Shown in pieces: positions 55,101-61,700 of a stretch of 64,000 nucleotides of DNA. The DNA lies in NCBI GenBank assembly GCA_016844955.1, contig JAERTH010000083.1:15712-79711 (forward strand). Direction: 5' to 3'. Origin of the DNA: Fidelibacterota bacterium. GTDB lineage: Bacteria > Fidelibacterota > UBA8477 > JABMPR01. The notes below the pieces were generated by a model that was given only the letters and a program-made list of their open reading frames with translations, had not been told where the DNA came from and searched no databases. Both the position numbers and the translations under genes were made by a program. Each line of letters opens with the position of its first letter. The stretch's first letter is position 1.

Positions 55101-55718
55101 CATTTTCAGAATAATATGACTATTACAGCGTTGCTGGAAAGTGATACCATCGGTGTCAACAATCCTGGTGATGCTGTCGTGGCATTTGCGGGTGAAGAAG
55201 TACGTGGGATTGCCAGGCCAATCTACATCCCCGAGCTGCATGCCTATCGTGTCTTCCTTATGATTCAGGGTGATTCCGGGGAAGAAATCAGTCTGAAAAT
55301 CTGGGACTCCGAGAATGATGTCCAGTACCAGGCTACCCGGTCAATGAACTTCCAGGCGGATGCTGTGCATGGAACGCCTCTGAATCCTTATATGCTGGCC
55401 AGAGCGCCACTTGGAATCGGAGATAAGGGCTATGTGCCAGATGTGTATTCACTGGCTCAGAACTATCCCAATCCTTTCAATCCAACGACCAATATTGGAT
55501 TTGGACTACCAGAAGATACCGAAGTATCCATACAGATCTACAATCTCAGGGGGCAATTGGTTACAAATCTTATGGAAGGACCGCTGACAGCTGGTTATCG
55601 CTACATCAAATGGTCCGGTCTAAATGATAATCAGCATCGACTACCCTCAGGTGTATATCTGGTGGTCATGAATACTGAGTCATTTAGAGATGTGAAAAAG
55701 ATGGTACTGCTGAAATAA
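49143..55718 (+). CDS. Giant (2191 aa) multidomain LamG-containing T9SS cargo protein, paralogue 2
   Basis: The track ORF starts at 49035, inside the upstream gene. Met at 49143 (MNKSFQAGYRRLRQSLILLLLPTIALTQ) gives a signal peptide. Collinear with paralogue 1: FN3-like, 'NGSIGGFIKT', LamG ('WNHVALV...VYINGW...YRGLVDELRCWSEAR'), core 'IPLLILRRPPGDGSW', 'LDRQIPEVLGSPEPLD', two WTVD/CRG-type modules. The CTD has 68/107 identical residues to paralogue 1 in my by-eye alignment. Confidence 0.85.
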   Translation: MNKSFQAGYRRLRQSLILLLLPTIALTQDYQVDLQIVSGGAGTMSGSLPFNGELISGNVSVIVNQPIMTTQTMSGGIYKIDLGYWSQMLRTPGTPIVKASYDIYPDQVKLEWRYDPNDPPGTEKHKIYRNYSSNPAYIYETPSGDTSYTDTELPAGHQYEYLVRGSNRIQSATTYQPLTHAGISFGKTSSNGSIGGFIKTTLNTPIPNVRVTAMNAAGSGPAWGQSVYLDGLENSVTIADADAFELFDAAVSDARTLEMWFRPEVSGLQTLISKGSQWEVGINVDGLNYVYLNMNDEPIFTTDILQSQAISINEWNHVALVRDATTLRVYINGWLATINGGDESVTVSNQIGTSASVSLGDGADHHFYRGLVDELRCWSEARDEMFMEPYSDVNNSGAFEDSSDFFTDINGDGFWGSSDSTAIKRDYDRLFDYMVEGIIAEPTLEACFHMDMGSGQTLINSVDIENNGSLMGGWSTTQAPVYPCVYTDANGGYTIKNLNFGSGRTFRVVPLKAFHEFDNPHQDVSLSIYTPANYTTHFNVVNMISISGYVTYSEVGTNGSACGEPDVEIWVDGANMGERTDADGFYMLEVEPGRTVTIVPHKGGREPGHFSPQTKTFFSVVSPQSKDFVDSKLRTIRGSVTGGACEYPVGPSGIATITLSADDGCFSLDTPVDAAGNYEFANIAPMAYSLGVGIDTDVSNIPNLLEMNTYFQNNGATIDLESSFDPIDSVWITEEDTVKFNYRSPIQLRVEGWTTNPLNDYYFEQNGADTLDVYVYEHYYGGECPMDSGIVHIKDWISDRYVDGDAEDGVAFNFAQDRDDYDIPSLRYGLIPGFPRFEGDHRKNIELMATDPSGNISTDSEAYRAVVLGQKSNQLNFATTAPEIPLLILRRPPGDGSWASFSESNTSSTSFSMSLGSADSEEGSITASLGVETEINVAPWGVGMSFDIDAQYDIESGFSTTASLQNSSTMQWTTTTSTEYTTATAVELMGDLGTVFVGGAMNLLYGSTNMLSLVEDDGEYDYLVTHPVIFMPNGFETTYIYTRGYIEDSLLPELEFLSATDSNLVRSIDRWNYILNYEDSLRWITPSDSNFSFNGGGQSMTVTHTSEGSESLVFEETLDLESSFAETMGLEVSGVGVSGTSKVTTSFHLGSSEEETWTNTTTTSYTLMDDDGNAEYGYDDYTVDVGSDPVYGTPVFRVIAGNSSCPYEEWRNEVDSVVTTPRDEPGMNWISPSTVVNVPPDDPAELWIGLSNLSSLDESRVYFLSYLSSSNTYGAQILINGEDADESAPIPFELEYLGNDSALITVSRPEGSDTYEFDGLMIKFAPECETNYAGVTQGYTASFDVRFARPCTEADIYQPVENWVVNTITGDTMTVVVQDYDLGQSYFDELFVQYSAMGSEDWFAVDTLIADTLRHYDYLYSQLKWDVGLLEDGVYDIRLMSRCLDGLLNNMMDPVRGVLDRQIPEVLGSPEPLDEVLNFNDEIALNFTESINPESVDAVNVTLYDLSMDQTITDFDLSVSEERLVINPTLQNRFIENHALMATVKGHEDLYGNPGDSTSWQFIVDRNPVAWSTSDLEHIAFQGEPEPVVLQLNNTGSTAQPFFFSGTADQNGTPLPEWLTVSPLEGSLNPGGSFDITIDVASDLNSGEYDVVIYAVTPEGYEPFVLHVVSMCPYPDWSFDFTEYEYSMNVTANVYQMSTLSDDIYDRVAAYVGDECRGWAQLEYVPELDDYQAFITVFSNEWSGEEVQFHIWDRTECSEYWQADTSVTFIEGEAYGSPMEPIALNATGELGQNIDLHSGFTWMSLNLDADDMSMASILEGIEATPGDRIIGHEAFAQYSDSSGWSGTLTSLDNYSMYQLDLENADELIHVGLPVQPDITNIEIASGWNWISYLPVENINVNHALSSLLNSTDDLIKNQSQYAQFVDGVGWLGSLNRMHPGMGYKLESFEGGMLNYPPSESITLGRSIASNDPVELPELPWTLEEMPHFQNNMTITALLESDTIGVNNPGDAVVAFAGEEVRGIARPIYIPELHAYRVFLMIQGDSGEEISLKIWDSENDVQYQATRSMNFQADAVHGTPLNPYMLARAPLGIGDKGYVPDVYSLAQNYPNPFNPTTNIGFGLPEDTEVSIQIYNLRGQLVTNLMEGPLTAGYRYIKWSGLNDNQHRLPSGVYLVVMNTESFRDVKKMVLLK

Positions 55719-55757
55719 TTACAAGCACTAGATCCCTACAATTAGTAGATGTAAAAA

Positions 55758-55795
55758 GCGGGGTCGATTAACCATCGGCCCCGCTTCGTTCTATT
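55758..55795 (+). terminator. Terminator hairpin after giant gene 2
   Basis: GCGGGGTCGA-ttaacca-TCGGCCCCGC (10-bp stem, 1 G-U pair) followed by TTCGTTCTATT. Confidence 0.55.
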
Positions 55796-56388
55796 AAATC
55801 ATAATACCATAGCGGTGGCTGAGCCCGTCCTTAATAGAAAAAGCTGGCTACATACCACATCTCACCCTCGCTTTCCGACCCCTTCACCTGTGTCTACAAA
55901 CCCTGACAGATAAGTCATTTTATTCTGACAAATGTTTCCTTTGATTTAAACCAACCTAAATCAAACCAGAAAATATCTATGCTATAATCACTGATTACCC
56001 AATCAGGAATGGGTCAGGCTCAATATCCTGAAATTATAATATGAATATAAATAAGGAGATAAAAAGATGATCAATATTATCTCCATAAAGATAATAAAAA
56101 TAATGTCGTAGCAGATCATTTTAGGTTCAGTATTTGCATGGTATCGCGTAAGTATCAACTATTGACATATACTAAGGAATTGGAATTGGGCGATGAGACA
56201 TGGCGCTTAATGTCTTATCCCATTATGAATTGATCACCTGAAGTGGAGGCTTCATTTGAAGCCAAAAGATGGGTATGAGCTAAAGCGTCTATACGGCAAG
56301 AGCCAATCTGATAAATCCATCTGCCATTAGTTCCAGCGGGGATGAAACAAGAACTTACGAAAAAAATACCATCATAAGGGAGTTTGTC

Positions 56389-58659
56389 ATGAAACGATTA
56401 GCAAGTATTGTGTTCCTAACTGTAATTATTACTCAGATACTCAGTGCGCAAAGCATTACTGTACAGGGAGTTTTGCGTGATCCAGCAGGTCGGACTGTTG
56501 TTGATGGTAGCCATATGGTCATCTTTCGGCTCTATGATGCAGAAAGCGGTGGCACTGAACTCTGGTCAGAACATCATGGATCCGTCTTAACCACACACGG
56601 TGTATTCGCCGCAAACCTGGGCCAGACAAACTCACTGGCGTCTCTAAGTTTTACTGATAACTATTGGTTGGGGATCCAGGTTGATGATGGCACCGAAATA
56701 TCTCAGCGTATGCAATTGCAAAGCGCACCAAACGCAACTGCTGTGACCGGTTCTGCCAATATTGTGCCTTCCACTGGTAATGTGGGTATTGGTACGCTTA
56801 ACCCCACGCGACAACTGGAAGTCAACGGTTCAGGTCTTCAGCGAATCAAAGTCGCCTCATCCAATGATCAAGCTGGAATCAGCTTTGAATCAGATGGTGC
56901 AGGAGAAGCAACCATCTTAAGTCCAAGTGGAACCGACGATATACGTTTTTACGTTGGCGAGGCTGATCGAGTGGCTGTTACCTCAAATGGAAGGGTTGGA
57001 ATAGGAACAACAGAACCTGTTGAAGCGCTCCATGTAGCGGGTGGTTCTTATTTTGAAGCAACCCTGCGTCTTATGAACGATGGTGGATATAATGAAATCG
57101 ACTTTAACAATACCGGCAACCTCCATATCAAATCCAAGGGAACTGACGACTCCAACCCACTGAGCATCTTAACTATGGAGCCAACTGGGAATGTTGGAGT
57201 AGGTACTGATACACCTTCAGAAAAACTGGATGTTGCTGGAAACCTCAAGATTTCCAACGGAGGTGTTTTACTTTTCGCAGATGGATCATCATTGGCCACC
57301 AGCTCATTGAGCGGTTCTGCGTCTGCTGTTGCGACTCCTGGCAATGCCCTGATAACTGCCGACTCAGATGAAGCTGGAGCGGGGGAAATTCAAATGAAAA
57401 CAGGAGTAAACACTCGGGCCGTCATCACTCATGAGGGGAATATGGGTATCAATGACTTGCTACCAGATGCAAAACTATCAATTGATGCTGATGCAGATGA
57501 ATCCCTGCTGAGTGTTCATTCCTCGCATGCATCAGATTCCAAAATCTTTGAGGTGGAGCAGGAAAACAGTGATGGAAAGGTCAGTGTAAGAACTGGATCA
57601 GGGGAAACCATCTCACAGCTTAGTGGGTTTGCCTCAACACCAACCTACTTCCAATCAAAGCTGGGTATTGGAACGGCCACACCTGGGAGTGAGCTCACCG
57701 TATCCGGTGGCAACCTGTATATGGATAATCTTGGCCATGGAGGCTCCGCCACTATTGATGTGGCCATAGGAGATGGTGACACTGGTTTTAGATCATCAGG
57801 TGATGGTGAATTGCTCGCTGTTTCCAATGGAACTGATATCATGAGTTTCAGGAATCAATCCGTGGGAATCGGCGTGGCAATACCCACCACCGTTCTGGAT
57901 GTACGCGGCAATTTTCGGATTGATCGCGATGCCACTTACGATGTTTGGCTTCAGGGTGGGGGTGATGCATCTGGAAATGGTCGGAATTTAGCCCTGCTTG
58001 GAGAGAAGGCTTCGGATAGGTTAATTCTTAATCATGCTGGAGAGTATACAGGGGGAACACGATTCGATGGAACGGTTAGTATCGGAAACAATGCCTCAGC
58101 AGCGCTGCTTGACGTGGGAACAGGTGCTCCTCATAATGGAAATGGTGGATTTAAGATTATGTCCACTGGAACATCAGCTGCTGGCCTGGCAGCCAATGTT
58201 GGCTATCGATCCGTGTATCTTTATGCCAGCACCACTGAAACCAAACTGGATGCTTACGATTATGAAACTGATACGCCTCTGGATGTAGGTATTGCCAGCA
58301 ATGGCGGCAACGTGGGTATTGGGACCTCAAATCCAGCTTCAAAATTAGATGTTGCTGGTAGAATCACTCGGCATGGACATGCAATGTCCGCTTCAGGTAC
58401 TGCAAGTCATGGTGATATCATTACCGTCCCTTGGGGAACACGAGATGATTGGAGCATATTTGTTTCAGTAAACTCTATGGGTATAGATGAAACGGGTAGT
58501 CTTGGCGACAATGCCATGATGATGATCAGGTGTTACACATCAGTTGCTGCAGTGGATAAATGGGAAGTACACGCCCAATATTTATATCGTATGAGTAGTG
58601 ACAATAGCAGTGGTGCATGGCACAGTGGCACCGCCAATTATATGTTGGTAGCCAAGTAG
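56389..58659 (+). CDS. Tail-fibre-like secreted protein, paralogue 3 (cassette 3 small partner, expanded repeat shaft)
   Basis: 756-aa ORF with a signal peptide. N-domain 'QGVLRDPAGRTVVDGSHMVIFRLYDAESGGTELW'. Seven GNVGIGT-type repeats (e.g. TGNVGIGTLNPTRQLEV, GGNVGIGTSNPASKLDV). Unique C-terminal domain. No CTD. Confidence 0.7.
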   Translation: MKRLASIVFLTVIITQILSAQSITVQGVLRDPAGRTVVDGSHMVIFRLYDAESGGTELWSEHHGSVLTTHGVFAANLGQTNSLASLSFTDNYWLGIQVDDGTEISQRMQLQSAPNATAVTGSANIVPSTGNVGIGTLNPTRQLEVNGSGLQRIKVASSNDQAGISFESDGAGEATILSPSGTDDIRFYVGEADRVAVTSNGRVGIGTTEPVEALHVAGGSYFEATLRLMNDGGYNEIDFNNTGNLHIKSKGTDDSNPLSILTMEPTGNVGVGTDTPSEKLDVAGNLKISNGGVLLFADGSSLATSSLSGSASAVATPGNALITADSDEAGAGEIQMKTGVNTRAVITHEGNMGINDLLPDAKLSIDADADESLLSVHSSHASDSKIFEVEQENSDGKVSVRTGSGETISQLSGFASTPTYFQSKLGIGTATPGSELTVSGGNLYMDNLGHGGSATIDVAIGDGDTGFRSSGDGELLAVSNGTDIMSFRNQSVGIGVAIPTTVLDVRGNFRIDRDATYDVWLQGGGDASGNGRNLALLGEKASDRLILNHAGEYTGGTRFDGTVSIGNNASAALLDVGTGAPHNGNGGFKIMSTGTSAAGLAANVGYRSVYLYASTTETKLDAYDYETDTPLDVGIASNGGNVGIGTSNPASKLDVAGRITRHGHAMSASGTASHGDIITVPWGTRDDWSIFVSVNSMGIDETGSLGDNAMMMIRCYTSVAAVDKWEVHAQYLYRMSSDNSSGAWHSGTANYMLVAK

Positions 58660-58718
58660 GATCGATTTACTGATCTCAATTCTAGTAAGTCTTTAACCTT
58701 GTGAACAAAGGTGATCCC

Positions 58719-61700
58719 ATGAAATCTTTCCATCAATATCTGCTATCAGCAGTCCTCATTGTCCTGCCCCTGGCGCTGTGGCCCCAATATGAATGCCAGC
58801 CAGAATGGTCCGTGGATAACTTTAACAGCTCTCTGGGTTTTGCTGAGGGTCAATCCACCAGCAACAACTCAAGTTTCAGCGTGGTCTACTCCGCTGTGGG
58901 TGCCACTGACCTCTATCTTAGCGAAACCAGTCCCAGCTGGGGCTTTTACTCCTATTATCAAACAGAACCCATCCCGCCCCGGGTCAATGCCTCTGATGGT
59001 GATCATGATGACCGCATCGAAATCACCTGGGAAATCACAGATGATGACCAGGGACCCCCAGTCACCGGGGAATTGGCCAAGCTCTTTCGCAATGGCAATC
59101 TTCTGACCACTATCCCCGTTGATCAAACTGCCTACCAGGACTACAATGTTTTTCCCGGTGAGTTTTATGAGTATGAAGTCGTGGTGGAAAATGACTACGG
59201 AGAGAGCTATACAGAGGGCGATGTAGGCTTTTTGAATCCCAACGGTTTAATCCTCGGGAAAATCAAAACTCCCAACCTGGTTCCTGTGCCCAATGTTGAG
59301 GTTAGGCTCACTCCCAACCTGGGCCGTGCCCTTGAATTCGACGGTTTGTCTGATTTTGTAGTGTTTGATACACTGACCGTTCTACCTGTTGATAGCCAAT
59401 ACACCATGGAGGGCTGGTTTAGAGCATTTCCCGATGCCCGGATTCAGACCTTTATCAGCTTAACTGATATTGGTACCCTATCTGGAGATTTGTATGTCTG
59501 GATTGGTCTGAATGCCGCCGGACAAGTCAGTTTTACCCACACAAAGATTGCCGGTTCTGAAAATCCTGCTGAATTGCATAGCCCTGAGTCTTTTAATGAC
59601 CTGGAATGGCATCATTGGGCTGCCACGCATTCAGGCAGTGAAATGATGCTTTATGTAGATGGTGACCTGGTGGCTAGTCAGGCCGAAAACAACCCTATCC
59701 TGAGTTTGGTGAACCTGGGTATGGGGAAATGGACACCTCAGGATGACTCAGGATATTTACACGGCCGTCTGGATGATATACGCTTCTGGAATATTGCACA
59801 AGATCGTGAAACCATCCGTTTGAACGACCAACGAACCATGAACGGTGAGGAAACCGGGTTGGTCGCGTATTGGAAATTTGACGAAGTTTTAGGTACCAAG
59901 ATTTTTGACCTCACAGACAATGATTATGACGGTGTTATCTGTAGTGTATCACGTACTGACCAGAAAGCGCCAGTCTGGGTAAGTGGGCTAAGCGATGAGG
60001 ATGGCAACTATGCCATAAAAGGCATTTATTATGGTGCCGGAACTACTTTTGACGTGACTCCCATCAAAGAGACACCCATCGGTCGCGCCCTGGAGTTTGA
60101 TGGTGAAGATGACTTCATCCAGTTTGACTTTAAACGTCTGGACTTTTCAGCTGGGTATACTGCGGAATGCTGGTTTAAGACAGCAGCCGGGTATGATATG
60201 ACGCTTTTTTGCGCAACGGATCCCGTGTCCGGCAGTGTCAAATCACAAATTCGTGTTCTCGGTGACGGTACAGTGTTGATTAGACACGGAGGTACTGGAG
60301 ATTATGTACTCAGTAGCACCGATGTATATCACGATGAAATGTGGCATCATGTAGCGGTTACCCATACCGGCGAAAATCTATCCCTCTACGTAGATGCAGA
60401 ACTTGTGGCAACTGCAACAAACACTGATCTCTATAATGAGGAAGTGGAGTATGTGATAGCTCGAGATACCCCTGATATTAGTAGTGGATATTATCAAGGT
60501 CGCCTCGATGAATTTCGAGTGTGGGACTATGGACGAATCGAGACTCAAATTTCCGGCACCATGCCCCAAACCCTGGTCGGTGATGAATCTGGACTTGTTG
60601 CCTACTGGAACCTGAACGAAGGTTCTGGAGATCTCATTGAAGATAAGAGTGGGCATTCCAATAGTGGCGTGCTGATGAACACCGTGGTTGATACCTGGGT
60701 GGAAGACATTCCACTCAATGAATATTTTACCCATATATTTGATGTTGAGAGCCGTCAAGCTATCCTGAATCCCAGCAATACGGCTGTTGATCGAGTAGAA
60801 TTTACCGATATCTCACAGATTGCCATTAGTGGTTTTGTTCGTTTTGAAGGCACTGACTGTTTTGCCGGTGGCGTTGAGATTCTGGTTGATGGCGAGTCAC
60901 AAATTCCACCCATTCTGACTGATGATGCAGGTAAATATATAGCCGAATTTGAACCCGGACGCACGGGTGCCATCCTAACTGCAGTGCTAGATGATCACTC
61001 CTTTATTCCGCCCTTTATTGAGCTACCAACCATTAATACCCCCATGACCGGGATCACCTTTTATGATCAGCAAAAGTTTGACCTGAGTGGAAAAGTGGTC
61101 GGTGGGAACTGTGAGTATCCGATTACTCCATCCCAGGGCCAGATTGAGGTAACCATTTCAAGTATCAGCGGTTGTATCGAAGTCATGACCGTCCCAGATG
61201 AAATTACAGGTGAATTCCTGGTTGAAGATCTGCCGCCACAAATCTACAACGTATCCATTGACCATCCAGATCCCGATATTGATGCATTTTTTACCGGAGA
61301 TACCGTATCCTTGAAAGCGGGTGATAATGGTCAGGACTTCATATATATGGCCAGTCCCAATGTTGTCATTAGCGGATTTCCAACCAATGCATGCGGGTTG
61401 CGGATTCAGGAGGAACTGGTTGATGTAACTGTGGACATTCAAGTCTTCGAAATATATGTAAATCGAGGAGACACCAACACGTGTCCTGTTGACTCAGGTA
61501 GTCTGCTTATTGTAGACAACATGGGTGATGCTGGAGAATCAGAACTAGCTTTTCAGAATGGTGCGGCTGCTTATACCATACCCGGTGGTGGGTATCCCAA
61601 CATTCTGGGTGGGGGAGAATATCCCTATCAAAAGAGCATCCAGGTGGTGGCCACAAATGCAGCAACTGATGAAAATGTCAGTGTTACAGAATGGGCTTAT

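Noticed and set aside
58759-59106. The track's + strand ORFs in the 58.7-63.2 kb region (58759-59106, 61558-61962, 62461-62658, 62659-62871, 62950-63168).
   Set aside because: All are in the +1 frame relative to the open-ended giant ORF starting at 58719, whose translation is collinear with two paralogues. The listed ORFs translate to low-complexity Pro/Trp/Met-rich sequences.
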